A stretch of 64,000 nt of DNA from an uncultured Planctomycetota bacterium (GTDB lineage Bacteria; Planctomycetota; Planctomycetia; Pirellulales; Lacipirellulaceae). The stretch covers positions 34,011 through 98,010 of the forward strand of contig CAVRBU010000009.1 of NCBI GenBank assembly GCA_963719315.1, written 5' to 3'. Below are positions 52,515-62,882 of the stretch, piece by piece; within the stretch, counting starts at the first letter, position 1, and every line of letters begins with the position of its first letter. A program made the position numbers and the translations under genes. Below the pieces are notes generated by a model. The model did no database searches, was not told where the DNA came from, and saw only the letters and a list, made by a program, of their open reading frames with translations.

Positions 52515-52757
52515 ATGAACGGTAAGCCAGGCGATCATCCGTTGACGGATATTCTGGTGCACAAACTTGAAATCTATGGGCCGGAAGCCGACAATTTGGT
52601 CCGGGAGATTAGCGAACTAAGCAGCCGGCACGAGTTGTACGAATGGTGGGACTCGGAAATCAACTGGTCGACCGACCGGGAACTGGTGCTGCGAAAGGCG
52701 CAGGTCCGCTACGCGGAATTATTACAGCGGACGAGAAGTAGCGGGTGGGGTAGATGA
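52515..52757 (+). CDS. Small hypothetical protein
   Basis: Protein-like ORF MNGKPGDHPLTDIL... with GAGGTG immediately upstream. Confidence 0.55.
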   Translation: MNGKPGDHPLTDILVHKLEIYGPEADNLVREISELSSRHELYEWWDSEINWSTDRELVLRKAQVRYAELLQRTRSSGWGR

Positions 52758-53074
52758 TCCGGCTAGTGCATTGTCAATGCTTGATGTTCGGATCAGCCGT
52801 TGGGCGATTGCCCTCGGTTATTGTGTTTGAACTCTGAATTCGCGGTTGGCCTCCGGTACTTCGCCCCATGATCTTCGGCGAAAAACCATCCGTGGCGCCT
52901 GTGGCCCGCCTCAAATAAAGGCCACGGCCTTTCTGACCCCGAAGTTGGCTTGTCCCATGATTCTGAATTATTTGAGGATTTAAGGCAAAAAATGATTTAC
53001 TCCAAACTTGCGACGGGATAACATCACGGTGAGCCCGTGCCTAAGTTTCCGACTTTTCTCAGGGGGGTGCGCTA

Positions 53075-54060
53075 GTGATTAGACTTCATTCGGTTATTGC
53101 CGTCTCGTTTTCGCTCATTCTCGGCTCTTCTGTTGCGGCTCAGAAGCTCTATTTCACCGATCCAGGATTCGGTGATCAGGTTAGCCGGATCAACCTCGAC
53201 GGTTCCGGTTTCAACAACGTCCTCGCGTTTCCATCGATTGTCGATCCGCGGCGCTGGCGATCGATCCGCTCCATGGCAAGGCCTATTACTCGTCGGGCAG
53301 TGCGCTTCAACGCGTCAATTTCGACGGTACGGGACAACAGCCGCTTGGAGCTTCGGGCGGTTCGGTGCCGACGGACATCGCGCTCGACGTGGCCGCGGAC
53401 AAAATGTACTGGTCCAGCAATGCGTCGTCCAGCATCCAGCGGTCGGCGCTCGACGGCGCCGGACCGACGAGCCTCGTCTCGCAAACTTTGTTGAATTCGC
53501 TCGTGGGCGTCGATCCGCGGGTACGGGCTGACGATGTATCGGGCATTGCTCTCGACCTCACGGGAGGGCGCCTTTTCTGGGCCAACGGACGGCACCTTAA
53601 CTCGATGCCGTTATCCGGCGTGGTTACTGCTGCGGATGCAGTCCATCAGTTCGAATTATCGGGCTCGGGCGACATCGAGAAAATCAAACTCGACCTGGAC
53701 AACAACCTGGTCTATTGGACCAACAACAGCGGCAGTGTAGTTCAGCGGGCAGATTTGAGCGGCGCGGGTTAAACCACTTTGGTCAGTCGAGGCTTTGGTC
53801 GACCGGCCGGCCTAGCAATCGACTTAAGCGGCGGCAAGCTGTACTTCGGAGATACGTTGGGAACGAGTGGCCGCGGCCAAATCCTGCGAGCCAATCTGGA
53901 TGGGTCCAGTCTTTCAGTGATTTATGACCCATCCTCCACCTTGTTTTCGCCTCTCGACTTGGAACTTGGGCCAGAGGTGGCCGTCCCCGAACCGTGCACC
54001 GCTCTGTTAGCCGGCATTGCACTTATGGCGTGCCTGGCGTTTGGCAAGCGTCGCCGCTGA
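53075..54060 (+). pseudogene. PEP-CTERM exosortase substrate with YWTD/LDLR-B-like beta-propeller; frameshift near 53250 and in-frame TAA at 53770-53772
   Basis: Repeated IALD...K.YW...I.R.NLDG units across three ORF pieces; C-terminal VPEP-TM-KRRR. Confidence 0.75.
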
Positions 54061-54236
54061 CCGTGCGAGTTGTCTGCCGGCAAGTCAATGAGATCCACTC
54101 TGAATCGCGGGCGTCGTGCCACAGCGGTAATTCATTTTCGGCCATTCGGGCGAATCGGTACTGCGACGGTTGCCGGTGATTCGGCTACGTTGCGCGGTGC
54201 AATCGCGCTATCAATGCAGTTTTGCGCTGGATGTCA

Positions 54237-54565
54237 CTATCGCAGCCATACAACGAGGGCACACTCGATGGCAACGAGCGTCATCGCCAATAGCAGCGTG
54301 CGGAGGCTGAAACGCTTTGAGAATCGTATCCACGGCCGTGCAGCTAGCGCCCCGAGTATGATCGCGGCGAAAACTGCAAACCAGTACGGGAAAGTAAACT
54401 GTAAATTGGCCGGCGATCGAGCCAGGCGAAAGCCAAGCATCGAAGGCTCCGGATACTCTTCGGCATCTTCGAGCGGGTAACTATCGAATTGCCACTCGCG
54501 GGCGTCTACTTGTTCCGGCAGATCGTAACTGTTGCTTGAGACGGTTCCGCGCCCCGAACTGACTA
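54237..54565 (-). pseudogene. 3' remnant of a membrane protein gene (PYW...PW...RFSLRTLL family) cut by IS630
   Basis: Frame is open from the IS junction (IVSSGRG...) to the stop at 54237; no 5' half on the other side of the IS. Confidence 0.6.
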
Positions 54566-55743
54566 TACCCTACGCGGCCAGCAATGAGACATCTTCGAAT
54601 CGCTGAAAGTTGAGCGTCATGAGGGATTTGAGGGGTTCGGCGTGGCGGGTTGCGAGGTCGGCGATTGTTTCTTGGATGGCGGCTTGAAACTCTTGAAATC
54701 CGGGATGGTAACGCCCATAGATGGCCCGCCGCTTGATGAACTTCCAAAGCCGTTCGATGAGGTTCAGGTTCGGCGAGTAGGAGGGCAGGAACAGCAGCGT
54801 GATTTCCAGTTGCGTCGCCAACGCTTGCACCGCGGCGTTACGTTGGTAGCGAGCGTTGTCCAGCACCAACGTGATCGGTCCGGCCAGACCGAGGGCAGCG
54901 ATCTTCCGCAACAGCTCGCACATCGTTTCCGTGTTGACGACCGTGGTGTTGGTCACGCTTACCAGTTCGCGGGTCACGGCGTTCCAGGCTCCCAGGACAT
55001 TGAACCGCTGGCGGCCCGAGGCGGCCCGCACGAAGATTCGCGTGAACGACCACAAGCAGCACAGGAACGTCCCGTACACAAAGTGGGCCGCATCGACGAA
55101 GAAGACGTGTCCCCGCCCTCGGGCGGCGGCGTCGAGGCGGGGCTTCAGTTCGACGTCGTGAAACAGGGCCTGCTCGGCGACATGCTGGGCCAAGTTTTTT
55201 TGGGCGGCACGGGGATCGCCCGGACCCGCTGCCACTTGAGTCCCATGTCTTTCAGGAACTTGCGAGTTTGCGACAGTCCCCGCCGCAGGCCGGTCAGTTG
55301 GTAAATGCGTTCGCAGGCTTCCGCGGTCGTGCGGACCGGCTGGTTCTCGAACGACGCGCGGATCACGTCGCGATAGGCGGCCAAGTCGCTCACGGGCCCT
55401 TGCACATTCCACCGCCGCAGACCCTCCAACCCGCCATCACGATAGGCCGCAACGTACCGCCCGACGGTCGCCACTCCGACCCCCGCCAATTTCGCCGCCT
55501 GGGATCGCTTCAAACCACACTGCAGCGACCACAACACCAGCATCTTGCGGCGGACATGCGACTCCGGATGAGACTCCCGCTCGGCCGCGACAATTCGCTG
55601 TTCCTCTTCCGTCAATCGGACTCGAAACCAAGCCATGACAGCCCTCCTTGCCAGCAACACGCCATCCTCCTCGATGGCGACATAAGGGCCTTGTACAACA
55701 AATCAGCTACTCGGGAACAGATCATTTATCCCCACGCAGGGTA
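54566..55743 (-). mobile_element. IS630-family insertion sequence (1178 bp)
   Basis: Ends TACCCTACGCGG / CCACGCAGGGTA, each flanked by TA (54564-65, 55744-45); encodes an IS630 transposase. Confidence 0.92.
54570..55636 (-). CDS. IS630 transposase, orfA+orfB joined by a probable programmed -1 frameshift
   Basis: HTH orfA from MAWFRV (AGGAGG SD); slippery CCC-AAA-AAA-A (T7 at 55195-55201); DDE motifs FVDAAHF, VLDNARYQ, LPSYSPNLNLIERLW. Confidence 0.92.
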
Positions 55744-55745
55744 TA

Positions 55746-56000
55746 AGGTCGTTTTTTTCAGTGCGCTGTGCGCACGGCGTCCTTGCTGATCGACTCGACG
55801 ATCTCCAGTTCGACCAACTTGTCGGCCAGCAGTCGCAAGGTCCAGCGGGCGCGTCCTTCCGGAGCCGGTCCGCAGGCCACGGCGATCAAGCGGGCCTCCT
55901 GTTGGCCGTCCAACTTTCGAGGGCGATGCCGGCTCTTAGGCTTCCATTCCAAGGCAACGTTCAGGCCCTGCTCGACGTACGCCTGTCGCACGTCATGCAC
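55746..56000 (-). pseudogene. Fragment of a second, different IS630 transposase orfA
   Basis: RKLDGQQEARLIAVACGPAPEGRARWTLRLLADKLVEL, then the slippery CTGAAAAAAACGACCTTA, cut at the TA. Confidence 0.8.
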
Positions 56001-56019
56001 CAATCCCACGCCAACGTCC

Positions 56020-56172
56020 AAATCGAGACCGTCGGCGACGACGCCGACTTGCAGGAGGTCTACGACACCGAACGCCAACTACTGTATGTGGCATACACGC
56101 GAGCGAGAGACCACTTTGCTCGTCACGAGCGTCGAACGGGCTTCCGAGTTTCTGGACGATTTGCAGATGTAA
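56020..56172 (+). pseudogene. C-terminal fragment of a UvrD-like/SF1 helicase
   Basis: IETVGDDADLQEVYDTERQLLYVAYTRARDH (motif VI), continuing as LLVTSVERASEFLDDL in a shifted frame. Confidence 0.7.
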
Positions 56173-56225
56173 GCGGGCTGTTCGGCTGAATGCGACACGG
56201 AATACGTCCGACCGGGGCAGCTTGG

Positions 56226-56903
56226 TTACAGTGTGGCCAAGTACAGGTTGTTAACCTCTTCTTGTGCAGCCGCCTGCCGGGGGTGGTGCACCCATGTCAC
56301 GATATTCAATCGGGGTGTGCAATTGGCCATGCGGCCATCGTTCAACGCGTTTCGAATCATGTCACGGCTGATGCCGTAGCCTGCCCACGACATATTCACT
56401 TCAATAGTTGAAAGATCCTTCTCCCGAAGCCACTTCAATTTCCCGTCGCAGATAGGGTATGTGACAACGATTTCGACGAGAAGTTTCCGATCGCCCTTCC
56501 ACATAACAATGTCTGGGATTCTTTCGCCCATCCAGAATTCGTCTTCGACGCGATCAAAGTGATATCGTTGTCGTTCGACGACGAAGATTTCTTGTGGTAC
56601 AAATGATCCAACTTTCCAGAGCCTCTTTTCTGGCCGTACTCTCAAGTACGGAAGCATCAAAGTCTTCGTCTCAACGAGGACTTCTTTGGCCATTAAGTGG
56701 ACGGCCGTTTCAAATGAGCCGCCACAGTCATCGCAATTGTGGTGTCGAAAGTGAGGTGTCTGCCCATTATGCACGGCGACGAATCGACCGCCGCACTTCG
56801 CACAGTAGCAGTTGCAATTAAGGCCATTAGCGACTTCTTCGATCCGAACGATCCGAGTCGGGTCGTTGTTTAGCAGCCCCAGCGGATTCTTTATCGCCGT
56901 CAT
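56226..56903 (-). CDS. CoiA-like protein (Zn ribbon plus PD-(D/E)XK-like nuclease)
   Basis: CYCAKCG...HFRH...C...ETAVH...K, then PDIV...LLVEIVVT. Confidence 0.75.
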   Translation of the reverse strand: MTAIKNPLGLLNNDPTRIVRIEEVANGLNCNCYCAKCGGRFVAVHNGQTPHFRHHNCDDCGGSFETAVHLMAKEVLVETKTLMLPYLRVRPEKRLWKVGSFVPQEIFVVERQRYHFDRVEDEFWMGERIPDIVMWKGDRKLLVEIVVTYPICDGKLKWLREKDLSTIEVNMSWAGYGISRDMIRNALNDGRMANCTPRLNIVTWVHHPRQAAAQEEVNNLYLATL

Positions 56904-56965
56904 GCTGCCCTCTCACCACTTGTTCTCGCCTTCAACCCAAGCTAATTTCAAGAAGTATGTCGTCT

Positions 56966-57577
56966 TCATATCGGTGACTTTTTTCTGTTGCGAGGCAACT
57001 TTGATTTGCGCTTGCTTCCAGGATGGACTATCAAGTGCCCGCCGTAGTTGCTGACAGTGAATTCATTCAGTTCGTCGAAGAATGCGTTCCGTTTGTCCTC
57101 GCTCCATGAAAGTATCGATTTCAGTGATATGTTCTCACTGAATCCATCCTGATCCGTCCATTTCGTTTCCATTTCAGCCGCGCGAAGGAATCTGAGAGCG
57201 TCGGCACGGACCATGCAATTCTCGTCGGCACAACATCGCGTATAGACCTTATAGTTCTGCAATGTTGGTTTTACTGGCTTCCGATCGATAAAGCATTGCG
57301 GGCATTTTCCATTCGTCGTCATTGACCAGTTGCCGCACTTTTTGCATCGATGCCGGACCGAAAGATTCGGATACAAACGGCTAACTGCTATATTCGGATC
57401 TTCTCGCGAGAAGTCGAATCCGTTCTGGCCAAGCTGCTCTGTCGTCAGTGTTTTGAGGTAGCTCATTCGGTACTTCAAGCGATTGGATCGGCAATATTGT
57501 GTGGTTGTCGGACACAATGCTTTCGGCTTTAAATGACCGAGACTCCAAACAGAATTTGTGTAGGTATTAAAAACCAT
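56966..57577 (-). CDS. Hypothetical Cys-rich (Zn-ribbon) protein
   Basis: CKKC...CPQC...CC...C; low GC; basic tail; start uncertain. Confidence 0.55.
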   Translation of the reverse strand: MVFNTYTNSVWSLGHLKPKALCPTTTQYCRSNRLKYRMSYLKTLTTEQLGQNGFDFSREDPNIAVSRLYPNLSVRHRCKKCGNWSMTTNGKCPQCFIDRKPVKPTLQNYKVYTRCCADENCMVRADALRFLRAAEMETKWTDQDGFSENISLKSILSWSEDKRNAFFDELNEFTVSNYGGHLIVHPGSKRKSKLPRNRKKSPI

Positions 57578-57684
57578 GGCCGGCAGCGGCGTTTTATTAC
57601 TCGGCTACTTTTTTCCATGGGGTAAAACAACCGACGCGAGATAAACCCAGACCCTCCACGGATCTCCTGCGCCGCTGCCGGCGA

Positions 57685-57870
57685 TCACGGTCTGCTACGC
57701 TTCGCGAAGCCGCTTAACTTCAGCCCGCAAAATCCGAATTGCCGCGGCTGTTGCTTTGGCCTGCCGCACCATCTGCTCCTTGATCCTGCGAATCTCGTCA
57801 TCGACACGCGCGCCCGTTGGCCTTCCTCGATGATCCTGGTTGTCTCTTGAATCGTGTAACCATCTTTCAT
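57685..57870 (-). CDS. Small hypothetical protein
   Basis: GGGAGG SD before the ATG; co-oriented with neighbours; 3' end may be frameshifted. Confidence 0.4.
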   Translation of the reverse strand: MKDGYTIQETTRIIEEGQRARVSMTRFAGSRSRWCGRPKQQPRQFGFCGLKLSGFAKRSRP

Positions 57871-57926
57871 TTGAGCCTCCCTGTTGGTCGTCGGGATGGC
57901 GGTAAATAAGGGCGGCCGCGGTTGGG

Positions 57927-58840
57927 TTATGAGCCGCCGCGACGGCCGCCCCGGAAGCCCGCTACGAGCGGGCGATTACAAACCGCGCTGGTCGCATCCT
58001 TCAGCAAGCCTTGGAAGTCGGCCGAAATCTCCGCCAAGCTTTTGAATCGTGCGGAATAGGAAATGCCGGGAACGCTGTCACGGACGCAGGCGTCGATGAC
58101 GGTTCCCTGATCCTCCATGACCCACCTGCGGATGAAGACACCCCGGATGCGATCCTCAGTTGACAATCCAGTGACGCCGAGCTTGGTCGCACGTGCGACC
58201 AATTCGGCCCACCGGATTTCGAGCTCGCAACAATCGTTTTCGTCATCGGATTCAACCAACCCGGCCGCCTTCTCCGCTTCGTGGATCAAATTGCCGAGCA
58301 ATCCGTAGACGTAATTCGGATCGGAATTATCGTCGTCGGCGTACTTGACACCCTTTTGCTGCTCGCCGAACTCAAGGAGCAATTCGGCCAGATTGCGGGC
58401 ATCCTTGTGGTGGTATTTCGGTTCGCAATCGAGCGCGAACACGATACCGACCGAAGCGGCACGCCGACAAATCTCGACCCACGCCTCATCGATAGTGTGA
58501 TCGTCGAACACCAACGGCGCAGGCCGGTTGCCGACCGGAATTTCTGGAATCGTCTCCACGTGCGTCGCTTCGATCTCGCGCACAACTCATGGACCCAACG
58601 CTGTACGAAGCCGGTCGCTTCCGCGCCACTCCATGTGTCGTCCTTGCCATACTTCATCGAATCCGTCAGTTGCTTTTCAAGCTCGACCACGAGGTTGCGT
58701 AGCGACTTGCCGACTGCCGAGAGTGACGTCGGCTTGGCGTCGTAATCATCGACGCAGTCGATGCTGTGCCGGACGGCGAGCCAATACTCGCTATCGCGGT
58801 TTTCATCGTCCGGAGCACCGACCGTAAAGTAGGGATTCAT
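57927..58840 (-). CDS. Hypothetical acidic protein, probably one gene split by a frameshift near 58585
   Basis: MNPYFTVG...QRWVHEL (ORF 58286-58942) continues naturally as VREIEATHV... (ORF 57927-58583). Confidence 0.55.
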
Positions 58841-59068
58841 AAAAGCCTTTCCGCGCAGCATCGCTACGCATTGGGATTTGGCTGTGGAGAGCGTCGCCGG
58901 GCAACGTGCCCCAAAAAACGCAGTCCAACAGCGTTGGACCACGATGAGCCGCCAAAAAACCGGTACGGGCCATTGCCCGCTACGGCGAAACGGCGTGGCA
59001 GGAAAACCTTAACCGGCTTCACCGCCGGTGCGGGGCTTTGCTCGTTCCCGCAATGGGGAGCTATTCCC

Positions 59069-59097
59069 ATCATATTCGCCGACAAACCGGCGTTCAA
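59069..59097 (-). promoter_or_regulatory. Sigma70-type promoter for the leftward operon of the element
   Basis: TTGAAC-N17-TATGAT on the minus strand. Confidence 0.6.
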
Positions 59098-59400
59098 GGG
59101 TCGTTTTTGGGTCGGCCGAAATTTTTCTGGTTTTGCTAGCAACCGGCCGCAGAGGACCCCCTCGACGCCAACCGGCCCGGCTTAAGTGTTCACTCGCGCT
59201 CGCGTTTACGTATTCTATTCTCCAAGCCCCGGTTCATACCTGCACCAGCGGCAAAGATAACGCGGTCGATTGGCTTTAGCCTGGAAACGACACCACTCGA
59301 CCGCGTGTATTGGACGAGATGACAACCGACCAGCTAATTGCGGGCCGTTGTGATTTGCTCTCGTCGATCACAACGGCCCGTGTCGTATCCAGAGACGATC

Positions 59401-60662
59401 ATGCTGGACGAATCGACTCTCGCAATTTATCGGCGAATGCGGCTGCCGCTCGTGGCTTGCCGGGGCAAGGGCTACGCATTCAGCGGCTTGTACATGCCGA
59501 CGCCGTATAGCACCTTATGCGAATGGCCACGCCAAGTCGGGCTACTCACCGGCTACCCGTTCTATGGTGGCAAGCTCCTCGTCATGGACGTTGATCCGAG
59601 AAATCACGGTGACGAAAGTCTCGCCAAACTCATTGCCAAATTCGGCCCGCTTCCCTACACGGCTCACCAGCGAACACCATCCGGCGGCGATCACTACTTC
59701 TTTGTAGTCCCGGCTGATTTGGAAATCCCGCAAGACTTACCCGACCTCCCCGGCATCGACGTTTTCTCGCAGCAGAACCATCACATCCTCATCGCACCGA
59801 GCACCTTCAACCGCAATTCGTACAGCTGGGAAGTGCCGATCTGGGACACGGTCGCGGAATGCCCCGAACACTTGCTGTATTTCGCAAGGTTGTGGTCGCG
59901 AAAGCCAGAGGACGAGCCGCCGGTCGCGTTCGTCGGGCGAACGGCCCCCCGGCCGGCTCTGCCGCTCAACGCAAGAGGAAAGGCCAAGGGAAAGCCCACG
60001 AGATATATGTCGTCGGCCCAAGACCTGATCCAACGGTTTCCGATCGCTGCTGGCAACCGGCACAAGCAGACGGTCAGGGCTGCGACCAGCTTGGTCTGTC
60101 GTGGAGTGGCCAATGTGGAACGGATGATGGAGGACTACTGCCGACACTTCGCCTCGACATACGGATCGACGGTGGCGGCGGCAATCCGCGATGCGAAAAG
60201 TGCGGTCGAGTGGGCCAAGCGAGCGTTGGAGGAGGAGCGATTGGTGGAAGCGGTGCCGAGCCACTTGGAGCGGACGGTGGTATTGGAGTTGTCGGCGGAA
60301 AGGAGGATTTGATTGCGGGCGTACGGGGCGAGTCGGCCCGGTTGTTTGTGCGGGCGGCACTCCTCCACCAGCGGTACGAGAGTGGGAGAGAAGAGAACAA
60401 GCTCTTTTATCCTTACAGGGATGACATAAGGGCAACGAACGACCAATTGCAAGCGATCATGGCGACCCTTAGCGGTAAGGTCGTGGACGACCGACAATTG
60501 GAACGCCAAAAGCGGAAGTTCATCACGCGGCCGGGACTGCCCGCAAGTCAGATGGAGTTGTGGGTTGAGGTCGAGAAGGGCCGGCGGGGAAGGAAAGGGG
60601 AACCGCCGACACCAACCACGTACAAGACAACAAGCCCTTTTATCCTTACAGGGATGACATAA
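59401..60662 (+). CDS. Bifunctional DNA primase/polymerase (Prim-Pol, AEP) with PriCT-like and C-terminal domains; probable frameshift near 60300
   Basis: VGLLTG, LLVMDVDPRNHG (DxD), RTPSGGDHYFF (His motif), GIDV...ILIAPS, GNRH. One extra A at GAAAGG joins the EDLIAGVRG... frame. Confidence 0.82.
60396..60662. repeat. Two copies of a 34-bp AT-rich direct repeat (one mismatch), 233 bp apart
   Basis: AACAAGC(T/C)CTTTTATCCTTACAGGGATGACATAA at 60396-60429 and 60629-60662. Confidence 0.9.
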
Positions 60663-60884
60663 AGCGAGGAGAGAGTTCAATCCTTGAAGTGCTCGCATCC
60701 TTGCCACTCATCTCGCCACAGAAATCTATCGTAGAGCCAGAGGAACAAGTCTGGCTGAACCCGCCGCTCCCCCTTGCTCGTCCCTTGCTCGAAAGCATGG
60801 GGCCTGGGGCCGGTACGTCCGACACAACTGTCTAATCTTACCGTGTTTTCATGCGTCCGACGGCGTGCTCGTTAATCCCCAAAG

Positions 60885-60924
60885 CTGATTTCGAGTCAGG
60901 CCGCTAACCATTCGCTTACCCTCC
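60885..60924 (-). pseudogene. 5' half of tRNA-Ser(CGA), probable attachment-site scar
   Basis: GGAGGGT AAGCGAATGGTTAGCGG CCTGA CTCGAAA TCAG gives the acceptor 5' strand, D arm and anticodon arm; no variable arm or T arm follows. Confidence 0.7.
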
Positions 60925-61369
60925 TCGGCGAAGCTCCCAATTAAATACCAAACGGCAGCCGCCGGCAAGGCAGGAGCCGCGGCGAAAGCTGGGCGTGTCA
61001 AATTGCGAACAAGCCTCAGAAACCGAATTATGCGCCTAGCCAATTGGCCGACTGCGCCGTGGGAAACGGGTCTATGGCTGGCGCGGTATCACTCGGCTTG
61101 CGGCCTGAAGCGATTAGATCGCTCGATTGCGCGACGTTCATGCCGAATTGCGTTTGGGCAGCGGATGTGACGGTTTGCCTCAGTGCGCCTGCTGAGCACG
61201 GGTCGAGCGTTTACGTTGTAATCTGCCCGGTGATCGCCGATAGCAATGTTGTCCTGAGCCCGACTGGCGCCGCAGTCGCCGCAGAACTGGGCCCACCAGC
61301 CGGGCGAAAGCGCAATGCCAAGCGGCAAACCCGATCCGTCCAATCCCTCCCCGCCACGTCGACGAACTT

Positions 61370-61660
61370 ATGAACCCCACGATCCGCATCGTTACGCGCG
61401 GCAGCAACGGCGAGCTGCGCTGTAAGGATTACGAAAAACACGAAACGGTGTTGAAGATGCACACGCAGATCGGTGTGGATGATTGCAGCACCGACCTGAG
61501 CCTGCGAGGCATGCCCGTCTTCCGTGGTTTGATCGGCCCCATGCCAGAAGCCAAAGGTCGTGCGTTATGAAACGCCCGAGGTCTTTGAAACTCTGACAAA
61601 AGAGTGGACGACGGTCAACACATCGCGCAGCGTCGGCGTCGCACGTCACAACTTGATTTG
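61370..61660 (+). CDS. Small conserved-looking hypothetical protein, frameshifted near 61555
   Basis: MNPTIRIVTR...QIGVDDCSTDLSLRG.PVFRGLIGPM continues as VVRYETPEVFETLTKEW in another frame; end approximate. Confidence 0.5.
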
Positions 61661-61699
61661 ATACGCGATAGCTGCGCAAACTTCGGATCTGGCGATTCG

Positions 61700-62316
61700 A
61701 TCGACCAGCGTCGATAGCATCGGCCGTCGTCAATGTTGCCCAGGGGCAGGCAGTGCGCGGCGGATCGCTTTGAAGTTGTTGGCTACCTATCGGCAGGCTC
61801 GCCACGCTCGTTGTCGTTGAGCCAGTGCCGTCAAGTTCGTGCCGCGGCGCAACGCTCATCGGGACGCGACTCGTGTATTCTCCCGCCACTGTGCGATACG
61901 TCGTCACCGGCACTTGCGTTGTCTGCGTTTCCGCTACCCAGTTCGTGCGCGCGACCGGGATCTGCACCGTGGCGGGCCGTGCTTCCCAGCGTGTCACCGG
62001 TTGCAGGTCGTGCGTCCAATACGCTCCCGTGAACGGGTTCCACCAGTTTCGTAGATGCGAAACGTATTGATACTGAATTCACTCGCGTCAGATACGTTTG
62101 TTGGTAAGATTGATATCTGTTGTAACCTGCGGCCGATAAACTTGTTGCTGACGGGTCTGGATTCTGTCGACGGAATGGAACGTTGAACAATTTGACGCGT
62201 GACTTGACACTTCCGCCGTCCGGTCCATCCTCATACGTCGTGGTCGCTTGACCATGGGCCGCGGCGCCGATCGAACCGGCCGCCAACCACGCGAGCGTAA
62301 ACAGCGATTTTTTCAT
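61700..62316 (-). CDS. Secreted Thr/Val-rich hypothetical protein with multiple frameshifts
   Basis: Signal peptide MKKSLFTLAW...AAHG with GGAGG SD; pieces WWNPF and VTRWEARPATVQIPV lie in different frames; 3' end approximate. Confidence 0.5.
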
Positions 62317-62452
62317 TAATCTGATCCTCCAGGCTTGGTCCCCCTCCAGTCGGCAATGCATCTAAAGTCGGCGGTAGAATCCGACTTCAGCCGGGCATTG
62401 CTTATCGAAAGTATCGGCAAGGAGGTAGCGGCATCATCAACACCGAAACCTG

Positions 62453-62779
62453 CTAGCGTTTTTCTTGCACTGATAGTCGCGTTCGCCATGCTGCCCCTTG
62501 AAATTCCAGTGTAAATCCGTGAAACTGGTCGCTTCGGGACCGCCGGGCGACGGCCAAACTGTCGCGTCGCTTGGTTCGATCCAGGCGGAGGTCATATGCT
62601 TCCAACGAAACTTCTCGTGTTTTCCGCCGCCCGGAGGATCGCTCAGAATTAGAGCCGGCCAGCGAAATGCTCATCCAGCAAATCAATTCGGCGATTCGTT
62701 CCGGCCGACTCACGAATCGCACGGGTCGAACGCTCGAAGGGTCGATCGACGGCGGAACTGACTCGACGCGCGGAGACAT
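62453..62779 (-). CDS. Hypothetical protein
   Basis: ORF with an ATG; no recognised motif; error-prone region. Confidence 0.3.
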   Translation of the reverse strand: MSPRVESVPPSIDPSSVRPVRFVSRPERIAELICWMSISLAGSNSERSSGRRKTREVSLEAYDLRLDRTKRRDSLAVARRSRSDQFHGFTLEFQGAAWRTRLSVQEKR

Positions 62780-62882
62780 GCGGCACCCGTCGTTCGGAAC
62801 ATCCCCCTCCTTTTGCGCGACGAAGCCGTGCCGCTCAGTCAGCTTTGACCGCCTGCGAACAACCGATGAGGCATTAACTCTT

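Noticed and set aside
57576..57684. Retron msr-msd (a1/a2 inverted repeats around a hairpin)
   Set aside because: No reverse transcriptase is encoded nearby.
60396..60662. 34-bp repeats as a CRISPR array or dif site
   Set aside because: Only two copies with a 199-bp spacer and no cas genes. The match to a XerD arm is limited to TTATGT.
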